From: a virus
Lineage: Duplodnaviria; Heunggongvirae; Uroviricota; Caudoviricetes
Strand: one strand, 5' to 3'
IMG/VR virus record: IMGVR_UViG_2859827302_000002
DNA length: 38,307 nucleotides
Every line of letters begins with the position of its first letter. Position 1 is the first letter of the stretch. Shown one piece after another: positions 18,755 to 28,452 of this stretch. The notes below the pieces were generated by a model, which saw only the letters and a program-made list of their open reading frames with translations, did no database searches and was not told where the DNA came from. The position numbers and the translations under genes were made by a program.

Positions 18755-19095
18755 CGGAGGCGGATTTGTATCCTCATCTGGCGCATCTTGCCGGCGGGCA
18801 GGTGTACCCGTATGTGGCCCCCCTGCTGGATGGCAGGCCGTTGGTGGCGCTTCCGTGGGTGGTTTTCAGCCTGATTTCATCGGTGTCAGCGGACGTGATG
18901 GGCGGGCAGGCGGAGTCCTCAGTGTCGGTGCAGATAGACGTTTATGCCGGGACTGTGACGCAGGCGCGTCAGATACGTCAGGACGCCCGTGAAGCCATAA
19001 TGCTGCTGGCCCCGGGATCCGTCAGTGAAATGCAGGACTATATTCCGGAAAACCGCTGTTACCGTGCAACCCTGGAGTTTCAGGTCACGGTGTGA
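18751..19095 (+). CDS. tail terminator-like protein (DUF3168-like)
   Basis: 114-aa ORF immediately upstream of major tail gene. Confidence 0.45.
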   Translation: MTEADLYPHLAHLAGGQVYPYVAPLLDGRPLVALPWVVFSLISSVSADVMGGQAESSVSVQIDVYAGTVTQARQIRQDAREAIMLLAPGSVSEMQDYIPENRCYRATLEFQVTV

Positions 19096-19549
19096 CTTTT
19101 TCTTTTTTCTACAAAACCATACCCCGCCGCGTGCGGGTTTTTTATTATCAGGAGGCAGAATGTCTGCTTTGTATGAACGCTCACAGCTGACGCAGGTGAT
19201 GATTTCATCTGCCCTGGCGACTGCTGAAACTATGGATAAGGCGGAATATCTGCGCCTGGACTGCACCATCAAGGAAGTCCAGTTCACCGCCGGTCAGAAA
19301 CAGGATATTGATGTGACCACGCTCTGCTCCACAGAGCAGGAGAACATCAACGGTCTGGGGGCGTCGTCTGAGATTTCCATGTCGGGTAATTTTTATCTGA
19401 ATCAGGCCCAGAACGCCCTGCGTGATGCCTATGACAATGACGCGTTGTATGCGTTTAAGGTGCTGTTTCCGTCCGGTAAGGGCTTTAAATTCCTGGTAAT
19501 GCTGCCAACTTACTGATTTAGTGTATGATGGTGATTTTAAGGTGCTTGC

Positions 19550-19825
19550 GTGGCTTCCATTTCCATCAGATGTCCTTCCTGCTCCGCTACTGAAGGCGTG
19601 GTGCGTAACGGCAAAAGCACTGCCGGACATCAGCGCTATCTCTGCTCTCATTGCCGTAAAACATGGCAACTACAGTTCACTTACACCGCCTCTCAGCCCG
19701 GTACGCACCAGAAAATCATTGATATGGCCATGAATGGCGTCGGATGTCGCGCCAGTGCACGCATTATGGGCGTTGGCCTCAACACGGTTTTACGTCACTT
19801 AAAAAACTCAGGCCGCAGTCGGTAA
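19550..19825 (+). CDS. insA: IS1 InsA
   Basis: [40 protein letters not shown]... Confidence 0.9.
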   Translation: MASISIRCPSCSATEGVVRNGKSTAGHQRYLCSHCRKTWQLQFTYTASQPGTHQKIIDMAMNGVGCRASARIMGVGLNTVLRHLKNSGRSR

Positions 19826-20226
19826 CCTCGCGCATACAACCGGGCAGTGATGTGATTGTCTGCGCTGAAATGGACGAACAGTGGGGCTACGTCGGTGCTA
19901 AATCACGTCAGCGCTGGCTGTTTTACGCGTATGACAGGATACGGAGGACGGTTGTGGCGCACGTCTTCGGTGAACGCACTCTGGCCACACTGGAGCGTCT
20001 TCTGAGCCTGCTGTCGGCCTTTGAGGTCGTGGTATGGATGACGGATGGCTGGCCGCTGTATGAATCACGCCTGAAGGGAAAGCTGCACGTTATCAGCAAG
20101 CGTTACACTCAGCGCATTGAGCGACATAATCTGAATCTGAGACAACATCTGGCAAGGCTGGGACGGAAGTCACTGTCGTTCTCAAAATCGGTGGGCTGCA
20201 TGACAAGGTCATCGGGCATTATCTGA
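19744..20226 (+). CDS. insB: IS1 InsB (made as InsAB' fusion by frameshift)
   Basis: ...[51 protein letters not shown]... Confidence 0.9.
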   Translation: MSRQCTHYGRWPQHGFTSLKKLRPQSVTSRIQPGSDVIVCAEMDEQWGYVGAKSRQRWLFYAYDRIRRTVVAHVFGERTLATLERLLSLLSAFEVVVWMTDGWPLYESRLKGKLHVISKRYTQRIERHNLNLRQHLARLGRKSLSFSKSVGCMTRSSGII

Positions 20227-20666
20227 ACATAAAACAATATCAGTAAGTTGGAGTCATTACCTAAATTCCTGGCGGAAGTGCGTCAGCACACCTGGTCATC
20301 CGGTACCAACGGTGTGGTGGCTGCAACGTTCTCACTGCGTCTGAAAGGCAAACCGGTGTCCTTTGTGGTACCGCTGGCGTTTGTGAAAAATCTGGATAAG
20401 ACACTTACCGTGAATACCGGTGCGCTGCTGACAATGTCAGTCAGTGCCAACGGGGGAATGCCGCCGTATAAATACGCCTGGAAGAAGGATGGTCAGCCGG
20501 TTGACGGGCAGACGACAGACACCTTCAGTAAGCCAGGTGCGCAGTCCGCTGATGCGGGGAAATATACCTGCGTGGTGACCGATTCGGCAGAGAAAGCACA
20601 GAGTGTGACGTCTGTTGAATGCACCGTGACAGTGAGCGCAGCTGCCGGATAAGGGGATGGGTCATC

Positions 20667-21041
20667 ATGAAAAAGGATCTGAAAACGCTGGCGCTGGCCA
20701 GACTGTCAGGGTTTCGTCATAAAACGGTGAAGGTGCCGGAATGGGGGAATGTCAGCGTGGTGCTGCGGGAGCCTTCGGCAGAGGCCTGGTATCTGTGGCA
20801 GGAAGTGCTCAATGGTGATGGAGAGGATGACGATACCCTGTCGGTGGTGGCGAAAACCCGCCGTAACCTGGAAGCGGATGTGACGCTGTTCTGCGATGTC
20901 CTGTGTGATACGGACCTGCAGCGGGTGTTCACTCCGGACGACCGTGAGCAGGTGCTGGCCGTCTATGGTCCGGTACATGCCCGGTTGCGGCGTCAGGCAC
21001 TGGAACTGATCGCTGATGCAGAGTCGGCCAGAAAAAAGTAG
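20667..21041 (+). CDS. G: tail assembly chaperone G
   Basis: ATG 20667 with SD; ends ARKK* at a slippery A_AAA_AAG heptamer (21032..21038). Confidence 0.6.
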   Translation: MKKDLKTLALARLSGFRHKTVKVPEWGNVSVVLREPSAEAWYLWQEVLNGDGEDDDTLSVVAKTRRNLEADVTLFCDVLCDTDLQRVFTPDDREQVLAVYGPVHARLRRQALELIADAESARKK

Positions 21042-21346
21042 CCCGCCCGGAAATTCGCTTTCTGATGCGACTTGCGCTCCGTCTGGGGCGCACCTTATCC
21101 GAACTGCGCCACAGCCTGAGTGCGAGCGAGGCGATGATGTGGATGGAGTTCGACAGGATATCCCCGCTGGGTGATGAGCGCGGGGATATCCGTAATGCAC
21201 AGATCGTGAAAGCGGTTTTCGGGGCACAGGGGATGAATGTTGCACTGAAGGACGTCATGCTCTGCTGGGGCGAGGATGAGGATAAGCCGGAGGTGGATCC
21301 GTTTGCGGCGCTGGAAGACGCGCTGAGCTTTGCAGCACAGTCATGA
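20667..21346 (+). CDS. GT: tail assembly chaperone G-T fusion via programmed -1 frameshift
   Basis: Downstream T ORF (21065..21346) is in the -1 frame relative to G and open from the slippery site. Confidence 0.6.
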
Positions 21347-21354
21347 ATGATGAG

Positions 21355-21376
21355 AACCGCTGAGGCGGTTTTTTTA
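21355..21376 (+). terminator. intrinsic terminator-like hairpin after T
   Basis: aaccgc-tgag-gcggtt followed by T7; same stem sequence as the hairpin at 13050. Confidence 0.45.
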
Positions 21377-21393
21377 CGCCCGGAGAAAGGTGA

Positions 21394-21654
21394 ATGGCGA
21401 CGTTACGTGAACTGATTATCAAAATTGTAAGCTTCCGGGGAACTCATATTGACGCGTTTTTCAGGCGCGCGTCATCGGCGGCGCATACGAACGCTCGTGG
21501 TTTGATAACGGTTGATTTATTTTGTTGCACAGAGGCGATCGCCAGGCAGGTACCGGAGGCGGGCTCTGAAGTACTGAGTAGCGTGATCGCGTCAGGCCGC
21601 GAAGTACTGACTCGGGGATTAATTGCAGGTGATGATGTACTGACCCGGGAATGA
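21394..21654 (+). CDS. hypothetical 86-aa ORF between T and the IS66-family element; possibly a remnant of the tape-measure 5' region
   Basis: ORF with SD gagaaaggtg; 3' end carries three direct repeats of GTACTGA; no family recognised. Confidence 0.25.
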   Translation: MATLRELIIKIVSFRGTHIDAFFRRASSAAHTNARGLITVDLFCCTEAIARQVPEAGSEVLSSVIASGREVLTRGLIAGDDVLTRE

Positions 21655-21788
21655 CTCCGGGCTGATTCAGGTTCTTATTCGCTGTCAGCCCGCGTGGTTG
21701 CTGGTCTGGCTCATTTCCTGCCGTCAGGAGTTCAACTCCCGACTGCAGGTTATGGCCCGGTGCACGAACACCTGACGGCAGGTATCAC

Positions 21789-23390
21789 TCACCCGGAGAA
21801 GGTAAATCCCTCAAGAGGCAGCAACTCTGCCAGTCGCTCCTCCGGCCACTCCGGCAGACGCATCAGGACGTCTGTCAACCAGGCATGCGGCTCCAGACCG
21901 TTGCGTTTCGCGGTTTCCAGCAAGCTCATTATTTGCGCGGCGCGTTCTCCCGCCATCTGCGAACCGGCGAACAGCCACGATTTTCTGCCCAGAACCACGT
22001 TTTTGATGGCCCGTTCACACACATTATTATCCAGCGGCACCGCACCATCTTCCAGGAAGCGGCTCAGTTCCACGCGATGAGACAGCGCATAGGCAATGGC
22101 TTTGTGTAATGCCTTTCCCGGAGAACATTGCGGTTCCTGCTCTTCAAGCCATGACCACAGTTCTTCCAGTATCGGACGGGCATAACGCTGTCGCCACTGG
22201 CGGATTTTTTCCACGGGGCGGCTACTGATCTTCTTCTCAAGACGGTACAACCCCGCGATTTTCTTCACGGCTATGGCAGCCCGTGGATCTTTACTGATTT
22301 TATACAGGTCGGCGAAGCCCCTGCGGGCATGGGCCCAGCATCCGGCCAGCGTGATCTCCGGCACTTTGTTTGCCAGAGTCCGGTATGCTTTATGTCCGTC
22401 GACAACCAGCGTCCCGCCCCAGCCCTGAAGCCAGTTTTCAGGATACTCATGGCTACGTCCGGTCCGGCAGTCGAAGCACACAACTGACGGTCCCGTCCTT
22501 TCTCCACTGACGTATGCCCACTGATAACCGGAGCAGGATTTACCGCCTTTCTTCGTGTTCAGGATCTTCAGGGTAGTCTCATCTGCATGCACCACCGGAC
22601 GGTTTATCAACTCGCGATGGAGTAACGCCGCCAGGGGAGATAATGCGGCACCCGCCGCGCCAACCATGTCAGCCATCGAACTGACGGGCAGCCCGACATC
22701 TGAACGGGCAAAGACCTGTTGCTGGCGATACAGAGGCAGGTGGTCACCGTATTTATTGATGATCACCTGTGCGATGACTGATGGCTCAACGGCACTTTTC
22801 GGGAGGATATGTGCCGGCATTTCACCGCTGAACACCTTCTGGCAACAGGGACAACTGTATTGCGGACGGACATAACGGTTCACCACAAAGTGAGCGGGAA
22901 TATACTCCAGCTTTTCACTCACCGCATCGCGGATATAGTGCAGCGGCTCGTCACATTCAGGGCAATGGTCAGTGTCCGGCTGGATAATTTTTTCCACCCG
23001 TGGAAGATGAACCGGTAAGGGTTTGGGTATCGGGCGTGAACGGGACGCTTTTTCATCTTCTTCAGGGGATTGCGGGAGCAGTTTATCCAGATGTGCGGTA
23101 AGCGCGGCGATATCGGCATCAACATCCTCTTCGAATAGGGAGCGTTGCATACCAGCCAGCGTTTCACATTTTTTTCCGAAGCGCTGTTGACGAACCAGTT
23201 TCAGCATTTCTTCCAGAAGCTGGATGCGCCGGCTTTTCTCCAGTAATTCCCGCTCTTTTTCGGCATTCTCCGACATGACTTCTTGTACCATGGCAAGTGC
23301 CATAGCACGCAGTTTTTCGATGTCATTCGTGGTGTTGAGAGCGGAGATATCCATACAGGGGAGTATACCACTCCAGATACGGATATTCAT
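21789..23390 (-). CDS. IS66-family transposase TnpC
   Basis: 533-aa ORF with Cys-rich zinc-ribbon-like region (HCPECDEP...CPCCQ) and DDE-type core. Confidence 0.85.
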   Translation of the reverse strand: MNIRIWSGILPCMDISALNTTNDIEKLRAMALAMVQEVMSENAEKERELLEKSRRIQLLEEMLKLVRQQRFGKKCETLAGMQRSLFEEDVDADIAALTAHLDKLLPQSPEEDEKASRSRPIPKPLPVHLPRVEKIIQPDTDHCPECDEPLHYIRDAVSEKLEYIPAHFVVNRYVRPQYSCPCCQKVFSGEMPAHILPKSAVEPSVIAQVIINKYGDHLPLYRQQQVFARSDVGLPVSSMADMVGAAGAALSPLAALLHRELINRPVVHADETTLKILNTKKGGKSCSGYQWAYVSGERTGPSVVCFDCRTGRSHEYPENWLQGWGGTLVVDGHKAYRTLANKVPEITLAGCWAHARRGFADLYKISKDPRAAIAVKKIAGLYRLEKKISSRPVEKIRQWRQRYARPILEELWSWLEEQEPQCSPGKALHKAIAYALSHRVELSRFLEDGAVPLDNNVCERAIKNVVLGRKSWLFAGSQMAGERAAQIMSLLETAKRNGLEPHAWLTDVLMRLPEWPEERLAELLPLEGFTFSG

Positions 23391-23396
23391 TATTTT

Positions 23397-23789
23397 TCAC
23401 TGAGTTAGCAGTGTATTTTGCGTGTTTTCAGGGCGCAGTTCAGGTTCATTCTGCCAGACCCATTTCGTCAGGTCATGTCCCTTAACCTGCTGCCAGTCAA
23501 CACCGGCAATCAGCCAGTTAAACTCGTCGGGAGTGAGGTGCCAGGCAGCGTCATTTGCACGTGGCCAGCGGAAGCTGCCTTTGTGCAGACGGCGGGTACA
23601 CAACCACACCCCGTGTTTATCCCACCGGAGAACTTTGATACGCGAACGGGCTTTGTTAACAAAGACGAAGGCGGCTCCCTCATGCCATGTCGACCGGAGT
23701 TCATCCTGTATATACTGCGTCAGTGAGTCGATGCCCCGGCGCATGTCAACAGGTTTAATTGCGATGAAGACATTATCAGGACTGAGCAT
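23397..23789 (-). CDS. IS66-family TnpB (Orf2)
   Basis: Start at MLSPDNVFIAIKPVDMRRG... inside the 228-aa track ORF; overlaps tnpA 3' end. Confidence 0.8.
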   Translation of the reverse strand: MLSPDNVFIAIKPVDMRRGIDSLTQYIQDELRSTWHEGAAFVFVNKARSRIKVLRWDKHGVWLCTRRLHKGSFRWPRANDAAWHLTPDEFNWLIAGVDWQQVKGHDLTKWVWQNEPELRPENTQNTLLTQ

Positions 23790-24105
23790 ATTTGAGTGCC
23801 CTGAAGACATCGGTAAGTTGTGACGGCTGACAGCACATCCGTACTCCACCGGGAAGGAAGAGCGTGACTGGCTCATTCGTGACGGGCTGTGGTACATCAG
23901 CATGCAGTGGTGGCGCAATATGAACGGGAAGAACGGTCGGTTCATTTGCCCGGCGTTCAGCTTTTGCGACATCCTGCGGCCATTCGCGAAGTGATGTGAA
24001 GGGAATATCGTTGAGTTCACAGTATTGCTGACGTGTAAGACCACTGGCGCGCCAGGCAGCAACGTGCTGCCTTTTCTGTTCAATGGTCCATCGGGGTTTT
24101 GACAT
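23776..24105 (-). CDS. IS66-family TnpA (Orf1)
   Basis: 109-aa ORF MSKPRWTIEQKRQHVAAWRASGLTRQQYCELNDIPFTSLREW... Confidence 0.8.
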   Translation of the reverse strand: MSKPRWTIEQKRQHVAAWRASGLTRQQYCELNDIPFTSLREWPQDVAKAERRANEPTVLPVHIAPPLHADVPQPVTNEPVTLFLPGGVRMCCQPSQLTDVFRALKYAQS

Positions 24106-24248
24106 CGATTATCTCCGGTAAGTTGGTGAATGGATGTCGGTAATACTAACTGACCGAAGATCCCTGTGAAGATGACTTCCCCGTAACGACACTCAAAATT
24201 TCGGCAAATTCACAGTCATTCCAGTCGGAGATCCAGCGGGCGTCCCGT

Positions 24249-27200
24249 ATGGGCAGTGAATATTACCGGACCCTGCAGAATGGCGGACGTCATGCCGCTG
24301 CTGCCGCACGGGAACAGCGCCGCGCCCTTGCAGAACTGAACAGTCAGTTGACGGAAATTCGCGGTTCTGCTGTCGGAATGGCTGGCGCATTTGCCGGTGC
24401 CTTTGCCACCGGACACCTGATTTCGCTGGCCGATGAGTGGGGTTCCGTGAAGGCCCGTCTGAAACAGGCATCTCAGTCATCGGATGAATTCTCGTCATCA
24501 CAGAAAGTGCTGATGGATATCAGTCAGCGAACAGGTACCGCGTTTTCGGATAATGCGGCCCTGTTTGCCCGTTCGGCTGCCTCGATGCGTGAATATGGTT
24601 ACAGTGCTGATGATGTGCTGAAGGTGACGGAGGCCATTTCGACAGGACTGAAACTGTCAGGGGCTGGAGTTGCGGAATCCGGTTCGGTGATCACCCAGTT
24701 CAGCCAGGCACTGGCACAGGGTGTACTGCGTGGCGAAGAATTTAATGCTGTTAACGAAAATGGCGACCGGGTGATCCGCGCGCTTGCTGCGGGGATGGGT
24801 GTGGCCCGTAAAGATCTGAAGGCAATGGCGGATGACGGAAAACTGACAGCGGATAAAGTGGTCCCTGTGTTAATCAGCCAGCTGGGGATATTACGTGATG
24901 AATATGCGGCCATGCCGGAAACGGTTTCCGGTAGTATCACGAAGGTGGAAAACGCCTTTATGGCCTGGGTGGGCGAAGTGAATGAGGCCTGCGGGGTGAC
25001 AAAAACGCTCTCCGGCGTGCTGAACGGTGTTGCCGGACAGATTGATAATGTGGCAACAGCTGTGGGGGCGCTGGTTGCCGTCGGGGTTGCCCGGTACTTT
25101 GGCAATATGGCCTCCGGAGCGATGTCTGCCACGGCAGGACTTGTGACGGCTGCACGTAATGAAGTTGCACTGGCGGAAGCACAGTTCAGGGGAACGCAGA
25201 TTGCCACGGCGCGGGCAAGGGCAGCCGTGTACCGTGCTCAGCAGGCCGTGGCGGCAGCCCGCGGGACGGAGATGCAGATTGCTGCAGAGGCCCGTCTGGC
25301 GGCCACACAGGAACGCCTGAACAGAAATATTGCTGCCAGAAGCGCCGCCCAGAATGCGCTGAACAGTACAACGGCGGTGGGCTCACGTCTGATGAGCGGT
25401 GCGCTGGGGCTGGTTGGTGGCGTACCCGGACTGGTGATGCTGGGGGCTGCAGCATGGTACACGCTGTACCAGAATCAGGAGCAGGCCTGGGAGTCTGCGC
25501 GCCAGTATGCACTGACGATAGATGAAATCGCGCATAAAACGCCGTCAATGTCTTTGCCTGAAGCCTCAGATAATGAAGGACGAACACGGGCGGCGCTGAC
25601 AGAGCAGAACCGGCTGATTGATGAACAGGCTAGTCGGGTGAAATCCCTGCAGGAAAAAATCGCAGGATATCAGTATGTTCTGGCGAACCCGGGCTGGATG
25701 ACCGGTGACGGATTCATGATAAACCATCTGACCTCGGTGAAGACCGTAACGGAAGGGCTTGCTCAGGCAACAGAGCAGCTTGCCGTTGAGCAGTCCCGTC
25801 TGGCACTGATGCAGGAAAAAGCGCAGTCCATTCAGGATGTGCTTGCCGGGCTGGAAGACCGTCGTGTGGCGTTAATTCGTCAGCAGGCGGCAGAGCAGAA
25901 TAAGGTGTACCAGTCCATGCTGGTTATGAACGGTCAGCATACGGAATTCAACCGTCTGCTGGGGCTGGGTAATGAACTGCTTCAGCAGCGGCAGGGACTG
26001 GTGAATGTGCCGTTACGGCTGCCACAGGCCACTCTGGATGATAAACAGCAGAGTGCCCTGACAAAAACAGAGCGTGAGCTGGCCCTGTCCAGACTGAAAG
26101 GGGAAGAAAAAGAGCGTGTCCGACTGGGGGATGCGGCGGATGACCTCGGTTTTGTGGGTGATCCGTATCAGGAGGCGAGACAACGTTATATCAGTAATGC
26201 CCTGGAAGCCTGGCGCAATAACGAGGCGAATAAACCCAAATCCCGGGGTGGAAAATCAGAGACGGAAAAAGCGGAAGACAGTTTTTCCCGGCTGCTGAAG
26301 CAGCAGAAAGAGCAACTGGCACTGGCGGGGCAGAATACAGAGCTGGCGAAGCTGAAATACCAGACTGCGCAGGGCGAACTGAAAACCCTGACGGAGATGC
26401 AGAAGCAGGAACTGCTGCGCAATGCGGCCCTGATTGACCAGCAAAAAATCCGGGAGCAGTTGCGGTCCCGGGAAGAGACCCTGAAGAATGATAATGTGGC
26501 TGCGCGTGCATCAAATGAAGCGGAACTGCTGGGGTACGGGCAGGGAGAGCGGCTCCGTGAACGCATGCGGGAGTTGCAGCAGATCCGCGACAGTTTCCGC
26601 CAGAAGGATGCGGACCTTCAGTCTCAGTATCAGACCGGGGATATCAGTGAGGATTTTTACAGACAGGCTCTGGCACAGAACGCGCAGTATCTGAGTGAAC
26701 GTCTGAAAGAGCAGGAAGCCTTTTATGCCGAATCGGATGTGCAGCGTGCGGACTGGCAGAAAGGGCTGCAGGAGGGATTCAGTAACTGGGTGGATAATGC
26801 GTCCGATTACGCCTCACAGGCAGCACAGCTTGCGACGGAGGGTATCTCAGGGATGGTGAATAACATCACGGAGATGCTGAACGGAAATAAAGTGGAATGG
26901 CGCAGCTGGGCCTCATCAGTGCTGCAGGAAATATCAAAAGTTCTTATGAATGCCGCGATTGTCAACGGGATCAAGACGGCGGCAAACAGTATGTCCGGAG
27001 CGGGAGGATTTATCGGCAGTATTGGTAGCTGGCTGGGCGGTGCGGTGGCCAATGCAAAAGGCGGTGTGTATACCTCGGCAAACCTGAGTGCGTACAGCAA
27101 CAGTATTGTGGATACGCCCACGTACTTTGCCTTTGCAAAAGGGGCGGGACTGATGGGGGAGGCCGGTCCTGAAGCCATTATGCCCCTGACCCGGGCGGCG

Positions 27201-27410
27201 GATGGCTCGCTGGGTGTGCGAGCGGTGGGCAGTATGAACGGCAGTGCAGGTCTGGTGTATTCCCCGGTCTACCATATCGCCATTCAGAATGACGGGACTA
27301 ATGGCCAGATAGGGCCGGAAGCTGCGGGCAGCCTTGTGCAACTGATTAACCAGCGGGTGCAGGCGGTGATGCTGTCCATGCGACGTGACGGAGGAATGCT
27401 GAGTGGCTGA
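24249..27410 (+). CDS. H: tail tape measure protein H; 5' end probably truncated or displaced by the IS66-family insertion
   Basis: 1053 aa, coiled-coil-rich, C-terminus ...NDGTNGQIGPEAA... similar to lambda H; frame is open upstream to 24150, next to the IS. Confidence 0.85.
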   Translation: MGSEYYRTLQNGGRHAAAAAREQRRALAELNSQLTEIRGSAVGMAGAFAGAFATGHLISLADEWGSVKARLKQASQSSDEFSSSQKVLMDISQRTGTAFSDNAALFARSAASMREYGYSADDVLKVTEAISTGLKLSGAGVAESGSVITQFSQALAQGVLRGEEFNAVNENGDRVIRALAAGMGVARKDLKAMADDGKLTADKVVPVLISQLGILRDEYAAMPETVSGSITKVENAFMAWVGEVNEACGVTKTLSGVLNGVAGQIDNVATAVGALVAVGVARYFGNMASGAMSATAGLVTAARNEVALAEAQFRGTQIATARARAAVYRAQQAVAAARGTEMQIAAEARLAATQERLNRNIAARSAAQNALNSTTAVGSRLMSGALGLVGGVPGLVMLGAAAWYTLYQNQEQAWESARQYALTIDEIAHKTPSMSLPEASDNEGRTRAALTEQNRLIDEQASRVKSLQEKIAGYQYVLANPGWMTGDGFMINHLTSVKTVTEGLAQATEQLAVEQSRLALMQEKAQSIQDVLAGLEDRRVALIRQQAAEQNKVYQSMLVMNGQHTEFNRLLGLGNELLQQRQGLVNVPLRLPQATLDDKQQSALTKTERELALSRLKGEEKERVRLGDAADDLGFVGDPYQEARQRYISNALEAWRNNEANKPKSRGGKSETEKAEDSFSRLLKQQKEQLALAGQNTELAKLKYQTAQGELKTLTEMQKQELLRNAALIDQQKIREQLRSREETLKNDNVAARASNEAELLGYGQGERLRERMRELQQIRDSFRQKDADLQSQYQTGDISEDFYRQALAQNAQYLSERLKEQEAFYAESDVQRADWQKGLQEGFSNWVDNASDYASQAAQLATEGISGMVNNITEMLNGNKVEWRSWASSVLQEISKVLMNAAIVNGIKTAANSMSGAGGFIGSIGSWLGGAVANAKGGVYTSANLSAYSNSIVDTPTYFAFAKGAGLMGEAGPEAIMPLTRAADGSLGVRAVGSMNGSAGLVYSPVYHIAIQNDGTNGQIGPEAAGSLVQLINQRVQAVMLSMRRDGGMLSG

Positions 27411-27744
27411 GATAAAAACGCTGCATCTGGTCCCGCGTGAAGGGATGCAGGTGAGTGAGAAACCGTCGGTGGCGAGGGTACGGTTTGGTGACGGTTATGA
27501 ACAGCGCCGCCCGACGGGACTTAATGCCCGACTGAAGACGTTTCAGGCGGTGTTCCGGGTGACGGATGAGGCGACCCGGCGATGGCTGGAAGAGTTTTTA
27601 TCGTGGCATGGTGGTTACCGTGCCTTTTTGTGGCGACCGCCGAAACATAACCGGACGGTGAGGGTGGTATGCCGGGAGTGGAGCGTCACAGATAACGCCA
27701 GGTACAGTGATTTCAGTTGTACGATTGAGCAGGTGGTGAACTGA
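27403..27744 (+). CDS. M: minor tail protein M
   Basis: 113 aa, lambda gpM-like, overlaps H stop. Confidence 0.85.
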   Translation: MAEIKTLHLVPREGMQVSEKPSVARVRFGDGYEQRRPTGLNARLKTFQAVFRVTDEATRRWLEEFLSWHGGYRAFLWRPPKHNRTVRVVCREWSVTDNARYSDFSCTIEQVVN

Positions 27745-28442
27745 TGCAGGATATTCGCGAAGAAAGTCTGAGCGAGTCGGTTAAATCAGAGCAGTCACCG
27801 CGGGTGGTACTCTGGGAAATCGACCTGACGGTACAGGGCGGTGAGCGGTATTTTTTCTGTAATGAGCCGAATGAAAAAGGGGAGCCGGTCACCTGGCAGG
27901 GGCGTAAGTATGAGGCATATCCGATTGACGGCAGCGGCTTTGAGATGAACGGCCGGGGCAGCAGTGCCAGACCGTCGCTGACGGTGTCCAATCTGTTCGG
28001 TCTGGTCACCGGGATGGCGGAAGACCTGCAGAGTCTGGTGGGGGCCACGGTGGTCCGCCGCCGGGTGTATGCCCGTTTTCTGGATGCGGTGAATTTCGTT
28101 GCGGGCAATCCGGAGGCGGACCCGGAGCAGGAGCTGAGTGACCGCTGGGTGGTGGAGCAGATGTCGCAGCTGACAGCCATGACGGCCTCGTTTGTGCTGG
28201 CTACACCGACCGAGACGGACGGGGCGCTGTTTCCCGGTCGTATCATGCTGGCGAACACCTGTATGTGGACCTACCGCTCTGATGAGTGTGGTTACACGGG
28301 CGGGGCTGTGGCGGATGAGTTCGATAAACCCACCACGGATATCCGTAAGGACAGATGCAGCAAGTGCATGCGCGGGTGTGAACTGCGCAGGAATGTCGGC
28401 AATTTTGGCGGTTTCCTTTCCATTAATAAACTTTCGCAGTAA
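27744..28442 (+). CDS. L: minor tail protein L
   Basis: 232 aa, lambda gpL-like including C-terminal Cys cluster. Confidence 0.85.
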   Translation: MQDIREESLSESVKSEQSPRVVLWEIDLTVQGGERYFFCNEPNEKGEPVTWQGRKYEAYPIDGSGFEMNGRGSSARPSLTVSNLFGLVTGMAEDLQSLVGATVVRRRVYARFLDAVNFVAGNPEADPEQELSDRWVVEQMSQLTAMTASFVLATPTETDGALFPGRIMLANTCMWTYRSDECGYTGGAVADEFDKPTTDIRKDRCSKCMRGCELRRNVGNFGGFLSINKLSQ

Positions 28443-28452
28443 ATCCCGGTTT

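Larger units (their letters stand above)
19495..20261 (+). mobile_element. IS1 (767 bp) with 9-bp target site duplication TAAATTCCT
   Basis: Ends ggtaatgctgccaacttactgat ... gttggagtcattacc; insA/insB ORFs; flanking taaattcct on both sides (19486..19494 and 20262..20270). Confidence 0.9.
19160..20652 (+). pseudogene. V: major tail protein V, split by IS1 (N-fragment 19160..19494, C-fragment 20262..20652 with Ig-like domain)
   Basis: Reading frame is continuous across the insertion once IS1 and one copy of the 9-bp duplication are removed (…GKGFKFL|AEVRQHTWSSG…). Confidence 0.75.
21700..24185 (-). mobile_element. IS66-family insertion sequence (tnpA-tnpB-tnpC); boundaries approximate
   Basis: Three minus-strand ORFs with IS66 TnpA/TnpB/TnpC organisation and overlaps; ends and 8-bp duplication could not be pinned down by eye. 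Confidence 0.75.

Noticed and set aside
21694-22109. Plus-strand ORFs 21694..22080 and 21885..22109
   Set aside because: Antisense to the IS66-family tnpC gene.
24599-26566. Minus-strand ORFs inside the tape-measure gene (24599..25207, 26186..26566 and others)
   Set aside because: Antisense frames of a GC-rich, Ala/Gln-rich coding region with low-complexity translations; H occupies the locus.
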